A stretch of 64,000 nucleotides of DNA from Patescibacteria group bacterium (GCA_038064515.1 JBBTSY010000004.1:32585-96584); one strand, 5' to 3'; counted from the stretch's first letter, positions 1-9,213 are shown. The notes: a model not told the origin generated them from the letters alone. Translations and numbers: made by a program.

Positions 1-360
1 CATTGGGGTTCATGGCACTCCGGCCAGCCCGGTAAGCGGCGCCCCACGCCCAGAATTACTTCAGCGTCGCGCAAACGGGCCTGTTGCATTTGATAATCAA
101 GCGCGCCGAAATCGTACCGATCTTTGGTTGGTTCGATCATCGGCCAGTGCGCGGAAAAGCGAAAGCGACGCGCCTTCAAGTCATCCAACAATGCTAAGAG
201 GACCGATTTGTAATCAAGCTTCAGCTCATCCGCATGGAACTTACTGAATGACACTCCATAGATAAAATCCGATGGGACTGGCTGATCGGCGAGTAAAATA
301 CCAATGAACACAATAGCCGCGCCGCACACTACCGCAATATATAGAATCCGTTTTATCATA
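1..360 (-). CDS. N-terminal 120 aa of a TIM-barrel glycoside hydrolase-like protein (GH5/GH42-like). The gene continues beyond the window start.
   Basis: Reverse-strand translation from the ATG at 358-360 gives MIKRILYIAVVCGAAIVFIG... with the motifs SAHWPMIEP..RYDF..LD, typical of a GH TIM barrel. It overlaps the stop of the upstream transporter gene by 4 nt (ATGA). The ORF is open to the window edge. Confidence 0.45.
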
Positions 361-1237
361 TAAAAAGAATCAAGAACCCGGTAAGAATGAAAAACACCGC
401 CACGATCTTTACGGCGAATGCCTTCGTGCTCATTTCCTCGGGGAAATACTGCGGAAACCGCGCACTCGCAAACGCCGCGAACAACAATAAGAACATAAAC
501 TGCAAGCCTGCAAGCGCACTTACGAGCGACACATTGCCTAATTTGATCGCCAGGAGCGTGAGGAAGAAGGCCGTTCCCGCCAGTAACTTATTTGCAAGCA
601 ACACGAGTGGCAGATGCGACTTCGACTGGCGCACGTCAGCAAGAATGGACCGCCGGACTGATCCGGGAATGAGGAAAAGCAACGCCACGGTTACGTTCGC
701 CATGCGCGACCAAAAAAAGCCGTTTAGAAACGATGTTTCAAAAAAAATAGTTTTAAGGAGCACCGAAGAGAGCCCAAACGCGATGCCCGCCACCAGTGCG
801 TATGTCAGCGCCGCGCGCGACAGGCGAAAGTGCGACACCAGGAACGTACCGAGCACCAGCAACGCAAATCCAAAGACAAATCCATCGGGTAGTCGGTCGC
901 GAAGCACGAGCCAGCTGAATGCGAGCGTCGCAATCGCCGCGATGCCGCCCATCACCGGCGCAACATCGGAAGCATCAGCAATAGCCAGCGCCCGGTACAG
1001 CATGACGAGTGACAAAGTAAATGAAGTTGCCGCCCCAAGCGATATCACCAACACGATGAACGACGGGACACTTACCACGCCAAATGGCAGTAACACGATC
1101 ACCGCTCCGGATAAAACGCTGACAATAAACGCGTACACAGCCGGTTGCGAAACTTGCCGGATAAGATACTTGTCTAAAAGCACTACAACGGCGCTGATAA
1201 ACTGCGCAATGACAACTAAAAAAATCCAAGTCTGCAT
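356..1237 (-). CDS. DMT/EamA-family multi-pass membrane transporter
   Basis: 293 aa with about 10 predicted TM helices and the duplicated EamA-like architecture. It is tightly coupled between the GH1 gene and the downstream GH-like gene. Confidence 0.55.
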   Translation of the reverse strand: MQTWIFLVVIAQFISAVVVLLDKYLIRQVSQPAVYAFIVSVLSGAVIVLLPFGVVSVPSFIVLVISLGAATSFTLSLVMLYRALAIADASDVAPVMGGIAAIATLAFSWLVLRDRLPDGFVFGFALLVLGTFLVSHFRLSRAALTYALVAGIAFGLSSVLLKTIFFETSFLNGFFWSRMANVTVALLFLIPGSVRRSILADVRQSKSHLPLVLLANKLLAGTAFFLTLLAIKLGNVSLVSALAGLQFMFLLLFAAFASARFPQYFPEEMSTKAFAVKIVAVFFILTGFLILFI

Positions 1238-1238
1238 A

Positions 1239-2366
1239 CTATTTTAGTATACCACTACTTTGGATGAGCTTTTGGTATTCCAGCGCCGATGGGCGCACGG
1301 TGCGTTCGAGCGTAGCGTAGTTGATCGCTACCAACCCAAATCGAGGTTTAAATCCGTAGGCCCACTCGAAGTTATCAAGCAGTGACCAATAAAAGTAGCC
1401 CCTCACTTCCAGACCGTCGCGCTGGGCGCGGTCAACCTGTTTGATATGGTCAGTAATAAACTGTGCTCGTTGCGTATCGGCAGTATCAGCAATGCCGTTT
1501 TCTAAGATATAGACGGGCTTGCGGTACCGCTTTAGCTCCATGAGTACATAATACAGTCCTTCGGGGTAGATTTCCCAGCCCATGTCTGATTTGGGAAGTT
1601 GCTGACGAAAACAAAATTGGTGATGAAAGTAATAGTTCAACCCGATGAAATCTTGATACCTAGAAATGCTCCGAAGGAACCGGTGATTCCAAAACCAGCG
1701 CATAAACAATGCCAACGGATGCCAGCCTGGCGTAAAGTGAATGTTATTTTTAGCAATACCGATCTGCACTCTCGGAACGATTGTCTTCATCCGTTCATAC
1801 GCGAGTTTATGCGCTTGAACTAGAGCTTTTGTGACTCGCTCAAATTTCAACAGGTTTTTCTGAAATGGCGGCCATGAACCAACTCGATAGCCAATCGATG
1901 CGTAGACCATCGGTTCGTTGATCGTGATCCAGTAGGTGGCTTTATCGCCCAAGTGCTTTAGTACGTACTCACAATATCGGGCAAACTTCTCGGCCGCTTG
2001 GGGATGTTCAAACCCGCCTTGTTGAGAAAACCACAACGGCAGAGTGAAATGCCAGAGCGTTACGAATGGCTCTAGGCCGTGCGTGTGGAGCGAATCAAGA
2101 ACCGCCGCGTAGTGGCTGACGGCAGATTCATCGAATACTCCTTCTTCCGGCTCAATGCGCGACCACTCGATGGAAAAACGGTGCGCGTTATGTCCTAACT
2201 GCCGAGCAAGCGAAAAGTCTTCTTGAAAGCGATTGTAGTGGTCGGTGGCGCGGCCAGCCAATGGCACTTTCCCCTGCCGCGCGGCTTCAGCCCAGTCGTT
2301 ATTCTCGATACCGCCCTCAACCTGATACGACGCAGTTGCGGCCCCCCAATAGAATTGCGGATCCAT
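1239..2366 (-). CDS. Glycoside hydrolase family 1 beta-glucosidase
   Basis: N-terminal YWGAATASYQVEGG, the ITINEP acid/base motif and the ENG nucleophile motif. 375 aa. Confidence 0.85.
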   Translation of the reverse strand: MDPQFYWGAATASYQVEGGIENNDWAEAARQGKVPLAGRATDHYNRFQEDFSLARQLGHNAHRFSIEWSRIEPEEGVFDESAVSHYAAVLDSLHTHGLEPFVTLWHFTLPLWFSQQGGFEHPQAAEKFARYCEYVLKHLGDKATYWITINEPMVYASIGYRVGSWPPFQKNLLKFERVTKALVQAHKLAYERMKTIVPRVQIGIAKNNIHFTPGWHPLALFMRWFWNHRFLRSISRYQDFIGLNYYFHHQFCFRQQLPKSDMGWEIYPEGLYYVLMELKRYRKPVYILENGIADTADTQRAQFITDHIKQVDRAQRDGLEVRGYFYWSLLDNFEWAYGFKPRFGLVAINYATLERTVRPSALEYQKLIQSSGILK

Positions 2367-2384
2367 GTACCTAGTATATCAAAA

Positions 2385-2418
2385 AAAGAAAAAACGGCAT
2401 CAGCAATGCCGTTTTTTC
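2385..2418. terminator. Rho-independent terminator hairpin, bidirectional A-run/T-run, downstream of the DUF378 gene
   Basis: aaaaACGGCAT-cagca-ATGCCGTtttttt. Confidence 0.6.
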
Positions 2419-2431
2419 AGCAAAAAGCGAC

Positions 2432-2632
2432 CTACATCTGCGACTTTGCCTTACTGCCCGTGGCGAGCATGTAGACAGCGCTCAAACCTACTAAGATGTA
2501 GACCACTCGGGCAATGGTTGAGCCACTACCGAAAATCGAGTCCACAAGGTTGTAGTCGAAGAAGCCGATGAGGCCCCAATTCAAACCGCCGACCACAACG
2601 AGAATCCAGGCCAGTATGCCTAAATTTTTCAT
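2432..2632 (-). CDS. DUF378-family small membrane protein
   Basis: 66 aa with two TM helices and the GLNWGLIG signature typical of DUF378. Confidence 0.65.
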   Translation of the reverse strand: MKNLGILAWILVVVGGLNWGLIGFFDYNLVDSIFGSGSTIARVVYILVGLSAVYMLATGSKAKSQM

Positions 2633-2827
2633 AGAATATGGCGAGTACTTATTTTAGTACCATCGACCTTTCCTCCTAATTGTATAAAACCTACAAAAAC
2701 AGTGCAAGAGGAGCGAAGGCGACGAGGTACTGCGGCCACCAGGCCGAATGTGCAAACGAGAAATGCACAGGCTTGTCGGCCGGCCCGCTTCACCAGAGCT
2801 TCAGTAAGGCGAGTAGTCAGGTATGGC

Positions 2828-3334
2828 TTAGCGCACGAGCGGAACCCAGTTGCCGATTGCAACACCCATAGCGATGGCCATGCCGCCAATTATGAGCATC
2901 CGCATGCCGCGTGAGAACCAGTGAATCCCGAAATTTCTGGCGCTAAATGCTCCGAGAAGGAAAAGGCTTACCAGAGAAATTACTACTGAAATACCTAACG
3001 GATTTGAGAAAAAAACGTAAGGGGCCAACGGAATTAAACCGGCCAGAATATACGACGCGAACATAATAAACCCGCCAACAATGGCATAATGCAGTGGGAT
3101 TTTCGAATTTCCCGTATATTCCTCCACCGAACGCTCCGAAAGGAAACTTCCGGCCGCCATCGAGAAACCTTCTACGGTGAGCAATACAATGCCGGTAACG
3201 AGAATCGCCGAGCGTTCAACGCCGGAGATGGCGATTCCCGAAAGAAGGCCGACCGTAGAAACCAGGCTGTCTTCCACGCCGAAAATAAGACTGCGAAGAT
3301 ATACCGCGATGCGTTCTCGTGATTGTGCTGGCAT
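2828..3334 (-). CDS. VIT1/CCC1-family iron/manganese transporter
   Basis: 168 aa. The VIT-family pattern EDSLVSTVGLLSGIA plus about 5 TM helices. Confidence 0.65.
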   Translation of the reverse strand: MPAQSRERIAVYLRSLIFGVEDSLVSTVGLLSGIAISGVERSAILVTGIVLLTVEGFSMAAGSFLSERSVEEYTGNSKIPLHYAIVGGFIMFASYILAGLIPLAPYVFFSNPLGISVVISLVSLFLLGAFSARNFGIHWFSRGMRMLIIGGMAIAMGVAIGNWVPLVR

Positions 3335-3405
3335 GCAATAATTCTATCTTAATTCATTGAAAAAACAATGTTTTTATTGTAAACTAATTCAGTTTCGGAG
3401 ATTAT

Positions 3406-3479
3406 TGCGGGATCGTCTAATGGTAGGACATCGCCCTTTGAAGGCGAGTATCTTGGTCCGAATCCAAGTCCCGCAGCCA
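3406..3479 (+). tRNA. tRNA-Gln (anticodon UUG)
   Basis: Cloverleaf by hand. The acceptor stem TGCGGGA/TCCCGCA closes, followed by discriminator G and an encoded CCA. D-arm gtct/ggac. Anticodon stem tcgcc/ggcga with loop cTTTGaa. T-arm cttgg/ccaag with a tccgaat loop (C rather than U at position 55). Confidence 0.75.
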
Positions 3480-3551
3480 AGGTAGGAAGTATCGAGGTGA
3501 CCAAGGTGCCTCGGTTGGCTGCTACCCGCAGCTCTGCCGACAAATTATAAA

Positions 3552-4154
3552 ATGAGGTATCAATTTTTATCTGTAGATCTACAAAATGACTTTGCTTCTG
3601 AAGGTGGCAGTCATTATAAAATCCGACCTTCTATAAACTTCGATAAAGAAGTTCTGTTTCCGTTTCTAAAAGAAAAGGATATTAAAGTCAGCGAGATAAT
3701 TTCCGATTATCGACAACCAAGACCAGGAGATAGGGATGAGAGTTGTGTGCCTGGCACTTGGGGTTATGAATCCATCGTCCCAAAAGAGGTTGTAAAGTCT
3801 CAATGGGTAAAATGCATGAACTCACCGATTTGGACTAGAGACAATATAGGCGATCCAAACAAAATTGCTGGCTTGCCTTACCAAGATACAAAAGGATTTG
3901 GAGAATGGCTGGAAGAGAATATTGGTAAACCAGAAGAAGTAACACCTGTATTATTCGGTCTTACTATTGATTGTTGCGTACTAAGCACCCTTCAGGAGCT
4001 TAGCTGGCGGGGTTATTATCCCTTGGTCTTGAAAGAAGCCGTGGATCATTATCGAGGTACCGAAGAAGCCAAAGAAGCTGTCTTAAAAACACCTATCAAT
4101 AACTGGGCGGATGCAATCACTTGGGACGAACTGAAAGATAAATTGAATGGATAA
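3552..4154 (+). CDS. Isochorismatase-family cysteine hydrolase, paralog A
   Basis: FLSVDLQNDF N-terminal motif and the catalytic-Cys motif GLTIDCCVLST. 200 aa. About 85% aa identical to the ORF at 6623-7225. Confidence 0.75.
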   Translation: MRYQFLSVDLQNDFASEGGSHYKIRPSINFDKEVLFPFLKEKDIKVSEIISDYRQPRPGDRDESCVPGTWGYESIVPKEVVKSQWVKCMNSPIWTRDNIGDPNKIAGLPYQDTKGFGEWLEENIGKPEEVTPVLFGLTIDCCVLSTLQELSWRGYYPLVLKEAVDHYRGTEEAKEAVLKTPINNWADAITWDELKDKLNG

Positions 4155-4884
4155 ACTAAATACAAATAGAGAGGCATGGAATAAAGTAGCTGATCACTTC
4201 TTTTCCCACTCGGCCTTGCCTGTATGGGGGCCTTTTGGAATTGGCAAGAACCAAGATATTATCGGGGCAATTAAAGGTAAAACATTCTTAGAAGTCGGGT
4301 TTGGTAGTGGTCATTCAATTCAGTATTTAGTTAAAAATGGTGCGAAGAAAGTCTGGGGTATAGACATATCAAAAACACAGTTTAACTTTGCCACCAAGCT
4401 TAATAAGAAAGCCATAGAAAATGGAAAGGTTGAATTATTTGAAGTAAACATGGAGAAAAAGTTGAAGTTACCCTTAGTCGATACGGTGTTTTCTATTTAT
4501 GCTTTTGGGTGGACAGTTGATCCAAAGAAATCATTAGTAAACGTATATTCATATCTTAAACCTGGTGGCAAATTTATCTGGAGCTGGGACCATATCTTTT
4601 TTACTGATGTTGAGGATCAGAAAGATAAGTTAGTAGTTCGCTACTCATATCACGATGAACATGAAATTTTTTTGAAGAAGTGGAAAGGTGGAGTGCCAGT
4701 TTATCTAAGGTATCGAAAAACATCGACATGGTTTAAATTAATTAAAGACGCTGGTTTTAATATCGTCGGCTATTTAGAGCCTGCACCAATCATAAAAAAG
4801 GATTTAAGCAGGTCGTATTATACTATTCATAAGGCTAAGCGCGTGCCGTGTTCCATGATTTGGGTGTGCGAGAAACCAAGATAA
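4147..4884 (+). CDS. Class I SAM-dependent methyltransferase (small-molecule type)
   Basis: Motif I LEVGFGSGH and the post-I acidic loop GIDIS. It overlaps the upstream gene by 8 nt, suggesting translational coupling. Confidence 0.7.
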   Translation: MDKLNTNREAWNKVADHFFSHSALPVWGPFGIGKNQDIIGAIKGKTFLEVGFGSGHSIQYLVKNGAKKVWGIDISKTQFNFATKLNKKAIENGKVELFEVNMEKKLKLPLVDTVFSIYAFGWTVDPKKSLVNVYSYLKPGGKFIWSWDHIFFTDVEDQKDKLVVRYSYHDEHEIFLKKWKGGVPVYLRYRKTSTWFKLIKDAGFNIVGYLEPAPIIKKDLSRSYYTIHKAKRVPCSMIWVCEKPR

Positions 4885-5280
4885 AATAATGCCGGAAAAT
4901 TCAACGATAAGATTAAAAATAGTTGGTACCGGGACAAGACCAGGTAGGGGCAGTGCTTTCCCAATTGGGGGAAATCAAATTCTAACCTGTGCCACTTGGG
5001 AGAGTTGAACAATTATCTCATAACCTTCAGAGGAATTTTAAGTAAAACGTCGCAGTCACAAGCTATATGAGACGCTCGGCACCCTTTTTATACTGTTCCA
5101 TTTGTCTCGTTTACCCCGACCGAGGAGTGTCGTAGAATGGAGCCAGCGACCCTCCGAAAGTCCTTGTAACATTCACTCGGGTGGTCACTAGACCCCAGTG
5201 TTCAGCTAATTTGCTCGCCCGCCCTAGCTTTAGTGAAGGAGGGAGCATAGTTCAAGCGACCGAGGGGTATCCGCCCGAAC

Positions 5281-5880
5281 GTGGAAGAATTCATGGAAAC
5301 AACGCCTCAAATTATAGAGACCGCACGAGATCACCACATTCCTGGTATTGTTGCCATTGCGGAGAAGCTCAAAATGAACCCTCAGGAATCGGAGCCCGAG
5401 AAACTGAAGAAAGGGTTTTTGGTCTACACACTTGATGCACGCGGCTATTCGCGTCGATTGAACGAATTCTTTGTTGTTGAAACCAGTGGAGAGCGTGTGG
5501 GCGGTTTTCTCATGTGTTACGACCGCAACTTTATTCAGAGCCTTATTGAGGAAGGGCAAGAAGAGCACGAGCGAGGTATCCTCAACTTTATTCAGTCTGT
5601 AGAGCCCGTGGAAAACTTTGTGTATGGCGGAGAGATTGGTGTTGACCCCAAGGCCCGACAGCAAGGAATTGGCAGAAAAATGCTGGAACGAGTATTTGCC
5701 CTCATGCGCGACAAAGGCATTAGACGCATGTACGCGGCAATTCTGCATGGCCCTGTTCAAAATTTGACATCTATCGCATTCGCCACGGCGACTGGCGCAG
5801 AGAACATAGGCGAGGCGAGAAATGACGATGGATTGCTTTGGGGGCTATACAGATGGTCAGTATCAGAAGACGGGAAATAG
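5281..5880 (+). CDS. GNAT-family N-acetyltransferase
   Basis: Motif A QQGIGRKMLERVFALMRDKGIRRMY. The second ATG at 5293 has the better SD (GGAAG), so the true start may be 5293. Confidence 0.65.
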   Translation: MEEFMETTPQIIETARDHHIPGIVAIAEKLKMNPQESEPEKLKKGFLVYTLDARGYSRRLNEFFVVETSGERVGGFLMCYDRNFIQSLIEEGQEEHERGILNFIQSVEPVENFVYGGEIGVDPKARQQGIGRKMLERVFALMRDKGIRRMYAAILHGPVQNLTSIAFATATGAENIGEARNDDGLLWGLYRWSVSEDGK

Positions 5881-5917
5881 CCCCGACCGAGATATGTCGA
5901 TTTGATAGAATAAAAAT

Positions 5918-6595
5918 ATGAAAATAGTCGTTATAACCGGAGCTAGTCGGGGAATCGGATTGGCCACCGCCAAGAAGTTTTTAGCTGAAGAGTGGCGAGT
6001 TATCGGCACATATTGGCATACGCCAGTTTCACTCAATGCGCCGAATTTTGTTGCAGTGAAAATGAATCAGGGCAACTTCGAAAGCATTGCCCAGGCTGTG
6101 GATGCGATCAAAGCACACACGCAGAGCATTGATGTGTTAGTGAACAACGCAGGAATCAACCCCGATGGTCGTGATGAGGGAGTAAATTTGAAAAAAATCC
6201 GTGAGACATTTGATGTGAATCTTTTCGGCCTCATTGATATAACGGAGCGCCTTCTTCCGGCTATGACCGCAGGAAGTCACGTCGTGAACATTGATTCTAA
6301 CTACGGGGCGTTCTCTTTTCCTATTGATGACAATACCGCAGTGGGCTACCGTCTCTCTAAGACTGCCCTGAATATGTATACGCGAACGTTGGCATTTCGT
6401 CTCCAAGAGAAAGGCATCGTCGTATCCTCACTTGATCCCGGTTGGGTGAAGACGGATATGGGCATGAGTGTGTCTAGCACGACAGAACAACCCGACCGTG
6501 AGCCGGAACAGCCAGCCCAAGAAATTTATACTCTCGTAACAACCATCACCGAATCGGGATGCTTCTGGAAATTCGGTAAAAAACGCGAATGGTAA
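5918..6595 (+). CDS. Short-chain dehydrogenase/reductase (SDR)
   Basis: TGASRGIG cofactor motif, NNAG, and the catalytic YRLSK (YxxxK). Confidence 0.85.
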   Translation: MKIVVITGASRGIGLATAKKFLAEEWRVIGTYWHTPVSLNAPNFVAVKMNQGNFESIAQAVDAIKAHTQSIDVLVNNAGINPDGRDEGVNLKKIRETFDVNLFGLIDITERLLPAMTAGSHVVNIDSNYGAFSFPIDDNTAVGYRLSKTALNMYTRTLAFRLQEKGIVVSSLDPGWVKTDMGMSVSSTTEQPDREPEQPAQEIYTLVTTITESGCFWKFGKKREW

Positions 6596-6622
6596 TAGTG
6601 GGCAAGACGAAACAATAATTGT

Positions 6623-7225
6623 ATGAACTACCAATTTCTTTCAGTAGACCTACAAAATGATTTTGCTACTGAAGATGGTAAGCATTATAAAGTCCGACCC
6701 TCAATAAACTTTGATAAAGAAGTTCTTTTTCCGTTCCTCAAAGAAAAAAATATTAAGATTGGCGAGATAATTTCTGATTATCGCCAGCCTAGACCAGGAG
6801 ATAAAGATGAAAGTTGTGTCCCCGGAACATGGGGTTATGAATCAATCGTTCCGGAAGAGATTGTTAAATCTCAATGGATCAAATGCATGAATTCGCCGAT
6901 TTGGGTACGAGAAAATATCGGTGACCCAAATAAAACGGCAGGGTTGCCATATCAAGATACTAAAGCATTTGGGGAATGGCTGGATAAGAATTTAGGCAAA
7001 CCCGAAGAAATTACCCCAGTCCTTTTCGGCCTCACCATTGATTGCTGTGTGTTAAGCACACTCCAGGAGCTTAATTGGCGAGGATACTACCCGCTTGTAC
7101 TCAAAGAAGCAGTCGACCATTATCAGGGCACGGAAGAAGATAAGGAAGCAGTTTTGAAGACACCCGTTAATAATTGGGCGGAGGTAGTTGTTTGGGAAAA
7201 ATTGAAAAGTAAAATAAGGCAATAG
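6623..7225 (+). CDS. Isochorismatase-family cysteine hydrolase, paralog B
   Basis: Same motifs as paralog A. The DNA is about 80% identical with mostly synonymous differences, so both copies are intact and under selection. Confidence 0.75.
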   Translation: MNYQFLSVDLQNDFATEDGKHYKVRPSINFDKEVLFPFLKEKNIKIGEIISDYRQPRPGDKDESCVPGTWGYESIVPEEIVKSQWIKCMNSPIWVRENIGDPNKTAGLPYQDTKAFGEWLDKNLGKPEEITPVLFGLTIDCCVLSTLQELNWRGYYPLVLKEAVDHYQGTEEDKEAVLKTPVNNWAEVVVWEKLKSKIRQ

Positions 7226-7303
7226 TTGTGCTCTTACTCCGTCGTACTATAATAAGGGTAGTACGTTAACCCTGTTCCTATGATTATTGGAGGAATTCAA
7301 CTC

Positions 7304-8101
7304 ATGAAGGCGATTTTGATGTATTTGGTGCCGGTGAGCATCATTTTTGTTGCGCCGCCCGTGTCATCGCCTAGCGCGTCGCCAACACCGACAAGCATTG
7401 TGTCACCGATTGAAGATGTGCGCTTGGCATACGTTCAGCGCCAGCTGATCAACTCTGGTTTTGAGGAGGAAAAAGTAAATCAAATCCTCACTGATAGTCG
7501 TCGTGAAATCCTTCCGGAAAAGAGCGTCGCCTACCGCGCACCTAACTGGACGCTGATCAAGCGGAAGATCTACGCGCCTGGTTTCGTCCTGCGGGGGAAA
7601 GACTTCATCGCCGCCAATCCGGAAGCCTTCGACAACATGCGGGAGAGTGGCGTGCCCAAGGAGATCGTCGCGGGCATCATCGCCATCGAAACGGAATTCG
7701 GCAAGAACACCGGCAATACGCCCACGTTTAATGCCATCTACTCGCGCCTGAACCACAAGAAGAGCACTGAAAACTGGCGCTTGGAAGCTGAACGGCTGGC
7801 CGCGCTTTCGAAGTACTGCCTGCGATCCAATCTCGACTGCTACAACATCAAAGGTTCCTACGCTGGCGCGATGGGCATTGTGCAATTCATGCCCGACTCG
7901 CTCATGGATTACGGCGTCGACGGGAACGGCGATGCCTTCGTTGATCTTCAGAATCCCGAAGATGCGGTTCCGAGCGCGGCAAACTTCCTGATAGCCCACG
8001 GTTGGAAACAAGACCAGTACAAAGCGCTCACGCGCTACTACGGCAATCCCGTCGGGTATCCCGAGATTGTTCTCCACTACGCTACGCTCCTGGCAAGGTA
8101 G
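7304..8101 (+). CDS. Lytic murein transglycosylase (MltB/Slt-type), signal-anchored
   Basis: GAMGIVQFMP motif. N-terminal hydrophobic anchor plus a Pro/Ser-rich linker. A TATAAT box at about 7250 and a GGAGG SD precede the ATG at 7304. The gene is visibly more GC-rich than its neighbours. Confidence 0.7.
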   Translation: MKAILMYLVPVSIIFVAPPVSSPSASPTPTSIVSPIEDVRLAYVQRQLINSGFEEEKVNQILTDSRREILPEKSVAYRAPNWTLIKRKIYAPGFVLRGKDFIAANPEAFDNMRESGVPKEIVAGIIAIETEFGKNTGNTPTFNAIYSRLNHKKSTENWRLEAERLAALSKYCLRSNLDCYNIKGSYAGAMGIVQFMPDSLMDYGVDGNGDAFVDLQNPEDAVPSAANFLIAHGWKQDQYKALTRYYGNPVGYPEIVLHYATLLAR

Positions 8102-8102
8102 C

Positions 8103-8139
8103 AAGAGCATCGCCGTTCGCGATGCTCTTTCGTTTTTTT
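8103..8139. terminator. Bidirectional rho-independent terminator between the convergent mltB-like and DUF167 genes
   Basis: AAGAGCATCGC-cgttc-GCGATGCTCTT followed by tcgttttttt. Confidence 0.7.
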
Positions 8140-8144
8140 GATTT

Positions 8145-8354
8145 TTATTGCACTTCAACCACTTTGCGGCGAGAGGTAGTGCCGGAGATAATTCGTACGT
8201 GATCGTGGGGAACACCGAAGTATTCGGCAATCTTTTCAACTACTTCATCATTCGCCCGTCCCTGCTCCGGCGTCGAACGCACACCGACGGTAATTTTGTC
8301 GCCGTCGACGGTGATAAAATCCTGTTTTATTTTAACATGCACAAAATACCGCAT
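8145..8354 (-). CDS. DUF167 (YggU-like) small protein
   Basis: 69 aa, matching the UPF0235/DUF167 pattern. Confidence 0.55.
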   Translation of the reverse strand: MRYFVHVKIKQDFITVDGDKITVGVRSTPEQGRANDEVVEKIAEYFGVPHDHVRIISGTTSRRKVVEVQ

Positions 8355-8356
8355 AG

Positions 8357-8605
8357 GTGTATGATAGGAACGTAGAGGTTAATCTCAAAACTATGGATGA
8401 CAATCATCAATGTGAGTGTCGGAAGTATCGCCACCGTGGAGCGCAGGGTATGTCGTCGGGAGTGTACGGTTTGGCATTTATCGGTGCCGCAGTTTACTTT
8501 ATTCAGAACGCCGATTCACTCGGAAGCGGGATTATAGGCCTTCTAAAAGCGATTATTTGGCCAGCACTTGTCGTCTACAACCTGCTTGGTTTCCTCGGCC
8601 TGTAG
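8357..8605 (+). CDS. Small membrane protein with a Cys/His-rich N-terminus (hypothetical)
   Basis: CECRKYRHRG followed by two TM helices. The true start may be the internal Met at 8393. Confidence 0.35.
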   Translation: MYDRNVEVNLKTMDDNHQCECRKYRHRGAQGMSSGVYGLAFIGAAVYFIQNADSLGSGIIGLLKAIIWPALVVYNLLGFLGL

Positions 8606-8614
8606 AGCGTTTTA

Positions 8615-9199
8615 CTATTGCATGATTCTCTCGAGCTGTTCCAAAACAATCGGAAGTTCTTTAATGCCGTCGCCTCCGCCGAAGTGGCCTTTGCTGTGTT
8701 CAATTACTGTTTTTGCTTCAAGGCGTTCCTGAAAAAGCTTCTGATTTTCGATAGGAACGAACGGATCATCGTCTGAAAAAATAGCAAAAAATTCATCAGC
8801 GTGCGTGCGCACTTTTTCCCAATCAATGGGCGTTTCAACCCATGGTTTTGCAATTTCTACACTCTCCGGTCCTTCTTCGCGGATCGTCTCTTCATCCAAA
8901 GCTAACCACGGTGCTACGAATACGGCACCACCAACTTTCACTCCCGCAGATAAGGTCGCCAGATAGCGCAGTACCGCTTGGCTACCTACGCTATGCCCCA
9001 CAAAATAGGTATCCGCGTCCGGAGCACCGACTTGCTCGGCAAGAAAGGGAATCCAAATCTCAATCTTTGGGTTATCAGAATCCGGCATTGCAGGCACATG
9101 CACCTCAATCCCCTTTGCTTCCAGCTCTTTTTTAAGCCACGGAAACCAGCCTTCTTCAGGATACCCGCCCCAGCCGTGAATAATAAAAACACGTTTCAT
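8615..9199 (-). CDS. Alpha/beta hydrolase of the YdeN/RBBP9 serine-hydrolase family
   Basis: IIHGWGG, the GHSVG nucleophile elbow and a C-terminal His. 194 aa. Confidence 0.65.
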   Translation of the reverse strand: MKRVFIIHGWGGYPEEGWFPWLKKELEAKGIEVHVPAMPDSDNPKIEIWIPFLAEQVGAPDADTYFVGHSVGSQAVLRYLATLSAGVKVGGAVFVAPWLALDEETIREEGPESVEIAKPWVETPIDWEKVRTHADEFFAIFSDDDPFVPIENQKLFQERLEAKTVIEHSKGHFGGGDGIKELPIVLEQLERIMQ

Positions 9200-9213
9200 T
9201 CAGCTGAAGTAAA

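Noticed and set aside
387-1247. 286 aa ORF on the plus strand
   Set aside because: It is antisense to the DMT transporter gene and has a low-complexity Ala/Ser/Thr/Asn composition. It is a typical shadow ORF of a GC-rich gene.
3349-3543. 64 aa ORF on the minus strand
   Set aside because: It overlaps the tRNA-Gln gene completely.
5230-5760. 176 aa ORF antisense to the GNAT gene
   Set aside because: The sense strand carries the canonical GNAT motif A. The antisense product has no features.
7403-8239. 278 aa ORF antisense to the lytic transglycosylase gene
   Set aside because: It has no recognisable motifs. The sense-strand product has clear MltB motifs and expression signals. The ORF is a GC-rich shadow.
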